In this document: positions 1 to 12,572 of the stretch, one piece after another
Position numbering within the stretch: position 1 is the first letter of the stretch
Layout: the number at the start of each line of letters is the position of its first letter
NCBI RefSeq assembly: GCF_009914755.1
Contig: NC_060925.1
Length of the DNA: 64,000 nt
Reading direction: 5' to 3' (one strand)
DNA from: the human T2T-CHM13v2.0 reference genome, Homo sapiens
Program-made: the position numbers and the translations under genes
Notes under the pieces: model-generated
Database searches by the model: none
Told to the model about the DNA's origin: nothing
The model's input: only the letters and a program-made list of their open reading frames with translations

Positions 1-2604
1 TAGAAAATCTTCAAAGTGACAGTAGCAGTATTTGACTGCAGCCTCTTGGTTATTGATCATGGAGGTAATGTGCTCATTGAGAAGGCCCTGGATGAATAAT
101 CAGAGCTTCCCCAGGTGGGTCACTTAGCTCTGGACCCCCATCTGGGCTCTGTTCATTCAGAGCAGGATGTTCTAGGCTGGCGACAGGGTGTCAGTAAATG
201 CCCCAGGTGGGAGGCCAGGCTTCAAACGCTGGCCAGGAGCTCTGCTCTAGATTCCCAAGCCCTTGATTTCAGACCTAGACAAAGACTTCCATCCTGCCCA
301 AATCCTTGCAAGGCCAGAGACCCTTTCCCCACTTTGATGGTTGACAAAGGCTAAGCAGCTTGGAAGGCTGAGCTGGCTTAGTTCGGTGCCCCAGTGGCAG
401 CCTGCTGGGGTAAAGTCCCGGGGGTTTCTTGGGTGAGGTTGAGATGCCACCTTGTCTGTAGGACCCTCCTTGGCCCAGAGGCTGATTTCACAGTCTGGAT
501 ACCAGACTGAGGTACCATGCCTTTGGTACAGCCCCCAGAGAGAAAGGTTGCAGAGGGGGGATGTCATAAATGTGACCCAGGCCAGAGAGGGATCAAGTGA
601 AAAGGAGTGTGACAAGTCCAAGGAACTTGTATGTGTCTGTGCTACAGGGCCAGGGATGGCCCAGAGGATCCCAAGCCGCCTCCTCTGGGCTTCGCACCGT
701 CTCGTACACTGACATCCTTAGTGCTGTTTGGCATAGGCTGCTGTTACGCTGTCTGCTCTTTCCAGCAGGCTGATGAAGAGGGGTAGTCTAGCAGCCCATC
801 TGGGGTGCATGCCTGCATGGGTCTCCTTTGTGCATACAACTGCAAACAGTTCCTTCCAGAGGATTCACGCCTGACAACCGCAGAGGGTCATCAGGAGCAG
901 ACAGTGTAATAAAATCCTTAGGCCAGGACTTCCGAGGGAATGCCCTGCCCCCGGCAAGATGCTTTCTGGGTGAGCTCTGGGGACCAGCCCTTTCGTGACT
1001 GGGGAATAGGATGGAAGGAAGCCACTGTGGCAGAGGGACAGGCACAGGGTTGGGACCTAAAGGCAGTTACCCCATCTCCTCACCTCATTTGCCAATTCCA
1101 TTCAGACATTGCACAATTTGAAAATAGATTTGCTTTTTTTAAACAAAAGCATAAAATAGATGTCTTAAAATAAGTCTTTCCTCTCCCCTTCTTTGGATCA
1201 AAAAGGCAAGGGGTATGGTCTTGATATGCTAGGAATGATGTGGAAAATAAGGGAGAGAAAAACAGGCCTGGGCAGGAACTGTAGGAAAAGATCAGACATC
1301 CAAACAAATATATTACATATATAGATCTATAATATGTATAATCTCCATAAAACATATATTAAGGCATGTAAAGCAACATAAAGAGCCAGCTTTATGAAAT
1401 AAGAGATGAGAGAGAGGTGGCAGAGGCGCAGACATTATTTCTTGGTATTTTACATGTATTTCTAAAAAATATTACTTTAAAAAAAAAAAAAGAGACGGAC
1501 AAAGTGGCAGGCATGGAAGGCCCTGAAAAATCTGTTTCCTGTGGAGGGAGAAAGGCTTGGGAGAAAGAGAGAGAGAGGAAATGACCTGGGAGCCAATCCC
1601 ACCTGCCAGTCTGCAGGGGAGAAAGGGCAGGTTTGGGGTGCTTGAACTGTGAAGATGGGAAATACAGCCAAGGGTCACGTTTAAAAAACCTGCTAGAAGT
1701 GAAGATCGGTGGAATCCTCCCAGGCTGTAATCCCTCAGAAACATGAGAATATCCTAAGCACCTACAACAGTGCCTGGTACATAAAAGGTGCTCGATAAAT
1801 ATTTGTTGAGTAAATTGTCATCTTTACTTGCATATGAACCAGTAACTGTCCCAGCCATGAAGGAGTGCAGAGGAATTAGTAGGTGTTCTTGGGACCGCTG
1901 GAAGTCAGGCTGAAGCCTCTGAGCGGCAACTCTAGCAGAGAGAAGGCCGAGGGGCCACGGTGTCTTCAGTTTCCCTCCTTCCTCCTCTCTGGCTACATTC
2001 GTCTCCAGGTGGGTGGAGCTGAGGAGGAATGCGTTTGCTTTTCTCTGTCTTCCCCGCTGCCCTCCCGGGGCAGGTGGATCATGAGAGCGCCTAGCCTCAG
2101 CCAGTCCTCGTCTGGGATGCCTGGGATAGGGGGATAGGCCTCCCAGATTAAGGCCTCATCCCCCCTCCTCAAGGCGTACTCTCAGCTGGCCCACTGCACA
2201 TTCCAGGGGGAACAGGGCAAGAAATATCATGGAACTGGGTAGGTAAGGCCCCAAGGCTGACCACACCCTACATAAGACAAGTCCTTCTCTCTGCCCCTTA
2301 CCCCAGGATGGCGAGGCAGACACCAGGCACAGACCTACTAACAGCCATCTCCCAGGCAGTCGCTACTCAACCCCCTTCACCCAGATCCCCACACCAAGCA
2401 TCTCCACTGAGGCTGCATGTGCTCCACTGGTGGGTCCTCCTAGGGATGAGGTGGGAGGAGCAGAGGAGACAGTCTGGCACTGCACTGGGCACTAACCTAA
2501 GGCTCCACCGGGGGAAACCAATCTGATATCCCCTTTCCATCTCCCTCCTTCCTGCTTGACTTGCCAATGTGTCCTGCTGCTTCCCCCTCCTTCCACTCTG
2601 AGGA

Positions 2605-2643
<39 letters not shown>

Positions 2644-2649
2644 CTCTCT
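2605..2649. repeat. (CT)n microsatellite in the 3' UTR
   Basis: Direct reading. Confidence 0.9.
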
Positions 2650-3308
2650 GCTACCCTTCCCAACCTGCCCTCAGACACTGCACAGACCTGCTGTTCTCTA
2701 GCCACAGCCAGCACTGTTCCCTCTGGGAGCCAATGGCCTCTCCCCATCTCTCATCACCTTGTCTTTGGCTCAAGCAGGGTGGTCAGTCTCCACCGGACCC
2801 CAGCGAGCACCCATAAGCAAAGCACTGGGTTTGTGTCAAAGCCCTGGGTCCAGCTGAGGCAGTAGGGTGGGGCTGACGAGGATAGGGATGATGACAAGTG
2901 CTGTCCTTGGTGTCAGGCTGGCTCCAGAGGCAGTGTCCATCTCCTCTTCACCTCTAGTCCTCACATAAGATAGCCACAGGTGTGTTCTCCACCACGGCAT
3001 GTCCCCCATCAGGGAATGTTCCACTGGAGTCACCACAACCCCAGCCAGGGCAAGGCTGAGGCTCCCTGTGACTTGGACATTAATGAGGATGGTGCTCCCC
3101 ACTGTCATCTCAGGCCCTGGCCCAGGACCACGGTGTGAGTAGTGATGGCTCCAGGGCTGGGCATGGTGGGTGTGTGGACACTGAGGTATCCACGGTCCTC
3201 TGGCAGCAGCCCATGGCCCCAGCCTGGCTCCCTGCGGCATTCCCATGGGAGTGCAGGGGCAGGGGGCCAGGGTGGGGAGCCAGGACCTCAGGTGGGCAGA
3301 GGACGGCT

Positions 3309-3361
3309 TCAGAATGTGGCTCTGTGGAGCTTCACAGCATTGGCCTCAGCCAGGGCTTGCA
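3309..3361 (-). CDS. PLEKHA6: Alternative PLEKHA6 C-terminus VQALAEANAVKLHRATF-stop at the start of the terminal exon
   Basis: Acceptor tttttctccag at 3362-63; in frame with the phase-1 donor at 8665 when exon 4044-4167 is skipped. Confidence 0.7.
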
Positions 3362-4051
3362 CTGGAGAAAAAAGAAATGGAGTGAGAAGAGTGCTGCACA
3401 GAGGAGCAAGGACTCCAGCCAACCTTCCCAGGAAAAAGAAGCCTCATCCTGCAAAAACCTGGCAGAAACCCACTCCGGTCCCTCAGTCCTGAGAGGGGAA
3501 CAAAGGAAAGGAAGTCAGTGTTCTTTTCTACTTGACTGAGAGTGAGCGGCTGTGGGCTAGGGGCAAGGGAAGGGTTCACAGCCTTTGGCCGTAGTTGTCA
3601 ATGTTATTTTAATTTACAGTAAGATCTGGGAGTGGAGAAACAGCTTCTGAGGGCTTCTGAAGGTTCTGCATCTGTGTATCTCAACAGATGGAAAGCTTGT
3701 CAGCAGACAGGAGGCACAGGGGTGGGGTGTCAGGGAAGAGCCTTCCCTGAGAGCAGACAGGTGAGGTCTCGGCTCCATTCCCTGCCTGCTTCTGGAGAAG
3801 CAAAGGCCATTGGCATCACAACATCCAAGAAGCGGCCCTGCCAGCTGGCTCCAGCCCAGCACTGCGTGGGGAAGCTGGATGGACGGATGGATGGATGAAT
3901 GGATGGATAGTGGGGAGGAGCAGCACAGGGCACTGGGGTAGGGGAGAAGCAATACCAAAATGAGAGGGCATAGATGGCTCAATGGGGGTGAAGGAAGGGG
4001 CCCCACTCCCGAGGTGGATGAAATACAGTAGAAAAGTGCTTACGTCAGAGC

Positions 4052-4167
4052 TCAGACCCGCATGGTATAGCTGCTGTCGGCGCCCCGTGGGGATTCAGAC
4101 GACAGGGGGTTTGCTGGAGGAGCCGGGGAAGCAGGGGAGGTGGGAGGGCTTGGGGTGGCACATTGCA
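4052..4167 (-). CDS. PLEKHA6: PLEKHA6 last canonical coding exon VQCATPSPP...DSSYTMRV-stop (exon 4044-4167)
   Basis: TGA at 4052-54, donor GTAAGC 8 nt later; canonical exons sum to 3147 nt = 1048 aa + stop. Confidence 0.94.
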
Positions 4168-5979
4168 CTGGAAACAGAAATGAACAGGGAGGTGAATGGG
4201 GGTGGGTGGGGGAGGAGGGTGGGCACCCAGAGCAAGCGAGGCCCTCCCCAGGCAGGGAGTGAGGCAGGGAGGCAAGCGAAGAGAGAGCACTGAGCTTGGA
4301 GCTTGCTCAAGCTAGGCCAAGCTGTCCTCATTCCCAGGGCGTCGTGGAGGAGAGTGTGAGGCCCCAGAGGAGACCTGGCCGAATCTAGGCTCTGCTGAGA
4401 ACCAGTGTGACTGTGGGTAAGGCCAGGCCATCTCTGGGCAAAGGGCTCCCCTCCCATCCACACAATGGGGAGATTCACACACCTCTCCACTACTGTGCAG
4501 ACAGAACCAGGGAGTGGTACTTTATATACGGCAGTGTCACTAATGATAATGATTAATAGTGCAGTAAAATCACACTAATCCAAACCATCTGGCCCCATTT
4601 AATGAACAGAAGTGAAGTGACCACCATGTTAATCAATGCCATAAAAACAGAGATTTCTAATAAACTTAAAGCGAGTTCTGTCAACTTGGCACAGTCAAGG
4701 GCTCGGAAACATGTTCCCTGCTAACACTTGAGACCCCCTTTTCATCAGTCCAGTAAAGGCAAACTTCGGTCCACCCCTGAGCAAATCGAGACAAGCCTGA
4801 AATGATGTTTGAATTAATGAGATTTTACTCTATTATCATTATTATTCCATGTTAAGAATAGCAAAGTGGAAGGACAATGAGAAGGGGAGACTTATTACTG
4901 GGGACAAGCTCTATGCAGTCTCCAGACCCTTATGCATCCTCACTGTAGCCGCGAGGCAGGAGGATGGCAGAGACAACATCCTCACTCAGGCTCAGAAAGG
5001 AACCAGACCTCAGCCAGTGTCACACTGCATTTCCACCGAGAGAGGGGACCCAAAATTGAACTTCCCAGTCCCTCGTCCCCCACCCTACCCTGGACTTCAT
5101 CACCTTCCCTGCCGTCTGTGCAAGAGAAAGAGCCAAGGTGGCTACTGTCATTACATATCTAATACACCTACATGTGCATAGAACACATGTAGTTCTCGCA
5201 TGGATGTGAAGTTTTCTGCCTATACACGATACAAAGTTTGTGCATGGGATCTGGCAAGTCCATATCATTACACTCATCGCACACAGCTCACATAAGCGTA
5301 TTTGTGTACTTCCAAGCCTGTGCCCTTCCACATGACCCAACACTTGTAACTTCATGTGCAAATACACTCACAAACACTTTCAAACACACATTCGTGTGCA
5401 TAGCCACATCACTGACCCAACGCTTAGTCATCTAGCAGTCTCAACTTCTAAAACAGCCAAGAAACCAAAAACGAAGCAAAAGATATCTCCAGGAAGCCAA
5501 CATAGAGGTTATAGCCCACAGGACATGCAGCGAGGCTCTCAGAATTTACTCATATGGACCCCCTGGAGTCCAGTTACTCTTATTTATACGCAATTCTAAA
5601 AGGTGTTGACTCGCTGGGTTTCTAGCCCAGGGGAGATTAGAAACAGGAAAATTCAAAGAGACAGAGGAATTGGGAGGCCCACTGACATCTGTAAGAAAGC
5701 ACGACTGAGGAGAAAAAATATTTTGTAAAAAGCAGACATAACAGCTTTAAAAGAGTGACAGTTTGGGAACATTTAGCATAGCTACAAACAGATCTATGTC
5801 CATTGTGGCCCTAAGGGCATTCCTTTAACAGAGATCGGCAAAATAAAGATATTTATAATGATAATACATGAGCAAGAAGAGGTCATATGTAAACAGAACT
5901 TTGTTAAGAAGGCAGAAAAATACTAAATATATATTAGAAATATATCCATCAAAATAGTTAAGATTTGCATATGCTGCAG

Positions 5980-6680
5980 ATGTGAATCATACAGATGTGA
6001 TATTATAATGTGTGCAATCACAAGTACCACATGCATGCAGAAATGATCAGTCACACATACTCACATTCATGACACTGTACTTTCTCCCAGCCTGTGCACA
6101 CAGACAGAAGTTCACAGTATTGCAATATATACACTGTACACAACATATACACAAATATGCTTTATCATTTCCCATACTGCGGAAAAGCCAATCACACATA
6201 AATACATGCATTCATAAACACCACCTCCACCAATGTATTGTACACTCACATACATGTACATTTATGCTCCAACACCTTACCATATACCACCTGGATTCAT
6301 AAATAACAGGTCTCCACACAACATCCTTAGACATTTTACACAGACATAATACACATTCCTACATTTGTACTCAAACCTTTCCTCCACTCTCACACTGCAT
6401 ACTTGAATACACACAAATAAATGCATGAATCTACAAACATGACCAGATCCAGACACTGCACAAGACATTCGCGCCACACGTACAAACTCAAAAAATGCCA
6501 TGACTTCCACATATTACATACCTGAGTCTGCACGCACCGGGTGGATTTGTAAGCATAACAGCATTCCTCACTGATTACTCTGTCCATGCCACACACCACA
6601 CGCGGGCACTGAACTCTACTCGCTGCACCCGCTGCACGCTGTGCTCATGACCTGTGCCCAGCACTGCCACACACACAGTG
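5980..6680. repeat. Degenerate CA/TA-rich low-complexity tract (also ~5150-5420)
   Basis: Dense CACA/CATA/TACA words. Confidence 0.7.
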
Positions 6681-8664
6681 TCCTGGGTGTGAACCTGTGC
6701 CCACACAGTGCATGCCCAGGACCAGCCTTGCTGTGCCTGGCAGAGCTGTAGCTCTGGGGAGCTGGGCCACAGGCCAGGGGCGGTGGGAACAGTGGGCTGA
6801 GTCTGAGGTCTGGCCCTGCCACAGCCCTTTTTTAAATAGTTGGGGTTTTGGCAAAAGCAAGGTGACCGTTTGGTTTCAGCACACAGACCCTGACATGTAA
6901 GCCCATGTGTATCAAGACGGAAATCGGATAGGCCGGGTGGGTTTTGTTTTCATGGGACCTTTGGCTGAGGAACTATAGTAGAGAGCGCCAGGGGCTGGGG
7001 CTGGGGCTGAGCAAGGTTTTTAAACCAGCCTTGTCTCTCTAACCCCTTGAAACAGGAAGTTGCCTTTTGCCCAGAGCATGTGGAATCTGATCTTTGGAAG
7101 GTTCAAGTTCATTTTGCAGCTAAACTACAGGGAGGTTCAACAGAGGCCTGCTTCCTTGTGGCCAGACTGGTTTTGCTGCCTTTTGGCTGCAGGATGGGGC
7201 TCTCTGAAGCTATCCCTTCTCTTACCCTCAACTCCAGCCTAAAGACAGCCTCTCCCTGAAATACCTCCAAGGCTCTCCCTGGACACCCATTCTAAAGTCC
7301 ATTACACCCTAACTGGCAGAAGGTTCTTCATTAAGGCTTACTTAAATCCTCTTTTCTGTAGCTAAAATCTGGTTTCTGAAAATATCCATATTTAAAATAA
7401 TTAGCAAAATGACAAATGGTTTCTATTTCTACTTCATCTATTGCTATTTCAACTACTACTACCAGCAACACAGCGCTACTGCTACTGTCACCACTACTAC
7501 GGCACGCGAGCATGTATTGAGCACTTACTGAATGCCAGGCACTGTGCTAGGTGTTTGGCACACATTGTTTCCAATCCTCATACCACCAGCACTGGAGGCA
7601 GGAATTTTGATTTGAATTTCACAGATGAGGAAATGGAGCCTCAGAGCACCAGAATTTGAACCTCCTCAATCACCAACATGAAACGCCATCCCTTCCACTA
7701 TGTTCTGAGCCACGGTTCTAACCTGCTCATGGCCTGGTTCTTGCCTGGGCTACTGGAATGGTGGCCTGCACACCTGCTCTAGCTTCTCTGCCAGTGTCAT
7801 CTCCAACCATGGCTCCCCCTTCTGAGTCATTCCTCTTAACTGTGGCCTTCAAAGCTCTCACTCTCACTCTACCTCTCTATCCTAAGCACCTTTATCTTGA
7901 TGAAGGGAACAGTCTCCCAGGCTCCTTGATTTACCCACTGTCTCTCCTCTCCCTTTAACCCTCCCATTCATACAGAATCTCTTTCATTCTTAAAAGCTCA
8001 ACTACATTTTCATCTATTCTGGGATGATATCTCAGGCTGAGTAGAAGCTGACCCTGTTGATCTCAGCCCTATCAGCATCTAGTCAGGACCTGGTAGCCTT
8101 TGTATCAGCGTGAAGTCAGTTCCTCATAGTTATCTTTTCTTAGCAGAAAAGTGAGTTGGATCAGTAGCCAAGGTGGTAATTGCATCGCTCTCAACTCTTT
8201 GGTTGCCCTCACTATCTTTTCTTGGCTTCTTCCTATTTGCATGCAGCAAAAGCAGGAAATGAAAGGATACTCTGGAATACCTGGCCCTCTCCCTGCAACT
8301 GAGAAATATTTTTATCTTTCTCAGTCAAACTCAGCTGTCATCTTTTCTCTGTGCCTTTCCCTGACCTGCCCAAGCAGAATGGCTCCCCATGCTCTGCATG
8401 GCCTCTGGCCATTACTCCCTAAGGTGGCTGTAAGGATCATCCCGGCTCTGAGCTCCTGGATGCAGCAACTCTGGCCCCTTTGCACCTCCCTGAGCCTAGC
8501 ACAGTACCTGGTGCTCAACAGATGCTCGTCTCAACCTCGAGGAGCATCTCCTCAGCCTTGTATCTCTTTGCTACTGCCCCCCTTGTAGCAGTGCCACGCT
8601 TCCTCCCTTAAACCTGGTCAGCTGGTTTCCCTGGCAGGGTGGAGCGAGGCCCAGCCCCTCTCAC

Positions 8665-8810
8665 CAGACAGCATGCGGCCCCTGCGGGAGGCCTCGGTCG
8701 CCAGGGCGCAGGAGATTTCAATCCGCTTCTCCTGCTCCTGCAGCTGGCTCTCTGAGTCCTGGGGCACGTCCACAGAGTCCCCCTCGCCGATGGGCACCAC
8801 GTTCTGCATA
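8665..8810 (-). CDS. PLEKHA6: PLEKHA6 exon MQNVVPIG...QEQEKRIEISCALATEASRRGRMLS
   Basis: 146 nt, phase 2/1, donor GTGAGA. Confidence 0.96.
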
Positions 8811-9309
8811 CTGAAGAGGCACAGACACACAGAAATGGAGGGAGGGACAGGATGGTCCAAGTGGCTTGAGGGGGCCTGCGGACTGAGGTTGGCAGGGAGG
8901 GCCAGGGCCCCGTGAATGTGCAGTCTCTGGTTCCCAGCAAGGCTGTCCCTAGGAGTGAGTGGGACCCTGGCAAAACACAGGTTGGGACCCCTACCTTCAA
9001 TGTTCTCAAATGAATTAAAAGGTTCAAGTGAGCATTTAGGGCAGCCTTGAAGGGGAAAAGAAGTCACCAGAGGGCGAGTCTTCAGTTTTGTCTCGATGGT
9101 GTGGTGTGCACGAGCCTGGCAGGTCTTAGTAGCACCTGACAGCAGCATCCTTGCCTCTGCCGGTAGCTGGGCCCTGTCTGCTGCCTGGAGTCACCACCTC
9201 GATGTGCTCTCCCCTGGGGAGGCTCTGTGCCCCCAACGACTTCTAGTGGCCCAGGTGTCCTAGGTGCCAGGGTGAGCAGAGGAAGTAGAGGCTCACCCAG
9301 GCTGGTTAC

Positions 9310-9443
9310 CTGGATTTGGCAATGAGTGTCTTGATCCTCTCCACCTTCTTCTGCTTCTCCTTCAACTCCTCAGGGCTCAGGGGAGTGTCAGGCTCCAGGT
9401 CAATGTACCGTTCAGGGATGAGGACTTTGTCTGGAGTGGAGAG
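9310..9443 (-). CDS. PLEKHA6: PLEKHA6 exon LSTPDKVLIPERYIDLEP...VERIKTLIAKS
   Basis: 134 nt, phase 0/2. Confidence 0.96.
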
Positions 9444-9518
9444 CTATGGAGGGGCTGGGGTCACCACCTCTGTCCCTTCCCAGAGTCTCCCACTACAGCC
9501 CTTCCTGGCTCCACTCAC

Positions 9519-9686
9519 CTCCTTATTGATGTCCACGTCATAATGCTGGGGCTCTAGCTCCATTTTGCGAAGCCGGGCAATTTCCTCCCGGGGTGTCTCG
9601 TAGGCATGCCCGCCAGGCTCCTCTGCCCGCAGGGCTGCCTCCAGGTTGGAGATGTCTACCTCATGGATGCTGCGGTGGCGGCGCAC
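9519..9686 (-). CDS. PLEKHA6: PLEKHA6 exon VRRHRSIHEV...YDVDINKE
   Basis: 168 nt, phase 0/0, donor GTGAGT. Confidence 0.96.
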
Positions 9687-9996
9687 CTAGGGGACAGCAG
9701 CATCGTGATTGCACCATGGCTACCCATGCCTCCAGGCAGCTCTAGCTATGCCCTGTCCTCGCTTTCCCTTCCCAGCTCGCCTGATCTAGCTGCCACCCCA
9801 CTGCTCCCACCATACCCCACTGCAGAACTATCTTCCTTCCTTTCTGCTGGCCCAAAGCCTGCCCACCTGCTAGGCCCCAGGGGCAACATCTCATCATCTC
9901 TTGTCAGTTCTTGCTGTTCCCCATCCTGCTCTACCCTGTATTCTCATTCTGTGCTACATATTTTGGGCAGCTGAATTAGTGTGACTTGTATTGATT

Positions 9997-10299
9997 TCTT
10001 CTTTTTATTTTTTAAGAAACAGTGTCTTGCTGTCACTCTAGCTGGAGTACAGTCACAGAATCATAGCTCACTGCAGTCTCCAACTCCTGGCCTCGAGTCC
10101 TCCCATCCCAGCCTCCTCCCAAGTAGCTGGGACTATAGGTGAATCCACCATGCCCAGCTACTTGTTAAACATGTTTTTATAGAGATAGGGTCTTGCTTTG
10201 TTGTCAGGCTGGTCTCAGACTCCTGGTCTCAAACAATCTTCCCACCTTGGCCTCCCAAAGTGCTAGGATTACATGCATGAGGAGCCAACCACACCCGGC
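9997..10299 (-). mobile_element. Alu (old, J-like)
   Basis: Poly-T followed by diverged Alu consensus. Confidence 0.85.
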
Positions 10300-10994
10300 T
10301 AACTTCCAGTGATTTCATATTATAGAAGTTCTAATCCATCAACTAGAATGTAAGCTGTTGAGGACAGGACTTATGAGTCATAATTTTTCCATATTTCTAA
10401 AATTTAATGGAAAGAAAATTTAAGTGATGTCTTGGGCTACATCCAGCTCTGTACTTAATAGCTGTGTAGCCCAGGAATCCTTTAATTTCTCTTGACTTTG
10501 TTTCCCCATCTGCAAAATAGGGATAATAATTCCTAACCCAATGTTGTTAAAAGGATTAAATGAAATAACATGAAAGGGATTTGTGGATTATACTGTGCCA
10601 TGCAATGGTGAGCTATTATGATTATCTTCATCGCAGCCAGCCCAGTGCTAGGCACAGAGGAGATGCTCCAGAAATGGGTGTAAGTGACAGCTATTTCTGT
10701 GTGGTGAATTCTGTACTATTCTCTATTAAGTGAATTTTGTATAATTCATTTCAACAAACATAATTAAGGCATTCCTTTTTGTGAGTTATTTTCTTTAAAC
10801 AAGAAAAAGTCAACACTTGAAGGACTCTTCTGCCGATGGGGGAGAGGACTCTCCGGCTCTCCCAGGTGCCCAGCTTGGGTTCTTTCCCCTCTCCTTCCTC
10901 TCAAACCCCCCAGGCCCAAGCTGGCCATGCCCTGGGAGTGGGCAGTGTTGGCAGATGCCAGGCTCACGCCTGTGGGTAGCTGGGAAGGCATTAC

Positions 10995-11168
10995 CACTTT
11001 GTAGGCTGGCCGGGGACTGGGGTCGGGGGCCGGGCTGGCCGGGAGCTGCAGGCTCCTCCGCTTCTCCCTCATGGAGCCACTCTGGTGCCGCCGCATTCGG
11101 TCAATCTGCTCCTCCACGCTCATCTTGACCTTCCCCTCGCCAGGAAACACAGCACTCTTGGGGCGTTC
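10995..11168 (-). CDS. PLEKHA6: PLEKHA6 exon ERPKSAVFPGEGKVKMSVEEQIDRMRRHQ...PAYKV
   Basis: 174 nt, phase 0/0; ERPKSA and MSVEEQ motifs typical of the family. Confidence 0.96.
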
Positions 11169-11927
11169 CTGCTGCCATGGGAAAACAGGGCTCTGACAAG
11201 TGCCTTATCCCCCACCCAGCTTTTCCATCCTGAACCCTTAACATTTACCTTCTACGGGAAGTCTGCCTGTAGTGGACTGAAGAGTGGTCCCCAAAAGATA
11301 TGTCCAAGTCCCAACCCCAGGTATCTGAGAGTGTAACCTTATTTAGAAATATGAGATCACCCTGAATTAGAGTGGGCCCTAAATCCAATGGTGTGTCCTC
11401 ATAAGAGACAGAAAAGAAGATGACATACAGAGTAGAGGTGACATGAAGAGGGAGGCAGAGATCGGAGTGGTTCATTTACTCAGAAAGGAATGCCAAGGAT
11501 TGCCAGCAATAACCAGAAGTTTGGAGAGAAACCTACAAGAGATTCTCCCTCAGGGCTTCCAGAAGGAGCCAACCCTGCCACCACCTGGATTTTAGACTTG
11601 TGGCCTCCACATCCATAAGAGCATACACTTCTACTGTTTTAAGCCACCCTGTGTGTGGTGATTTGTCACAGCAGTCCTAGGAAACTAACACAGATTTTGA
11701 TACTGGGAAGGGGTTGCTGCTATAACACATACCTAAAAATGTGGTAGAGACTTTGTAATTGGCTAACGGGTAGAGGTTGGGAAAATTTCAAGGTGTATAA
11801 TAAAGAAAGCCTAGTAGATTTCCTTGAAGAGATGACTGGCAGAAATATGAGCTTTAAAGATGATCTGATGAGGGCTCAGAGGAAGTGAACAGCATAGAAA
11901 AGAAAGCTTCTATTGCCCTAGAGAATA

Positions 11928-12572
<645 letters not shown>

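Larger units (their letters stand above)
1..3361 (-). other. PLEKHA6: PLEKHA6 terminal exon / long 3' UTR, continuing beyond the window
   Basis: Strong acceptor at 3362; I saw no minus-strand AATAAA inside the window; few interspersed repeats. Confidence 0.8.

Noticed and set aside
1787-1810. Identical AGGTGCTCGATAAATATTTGTTGA also at ~59396-59419
   Set aside because: Both are L2 3'-end remnants, not a locus-specific repeat
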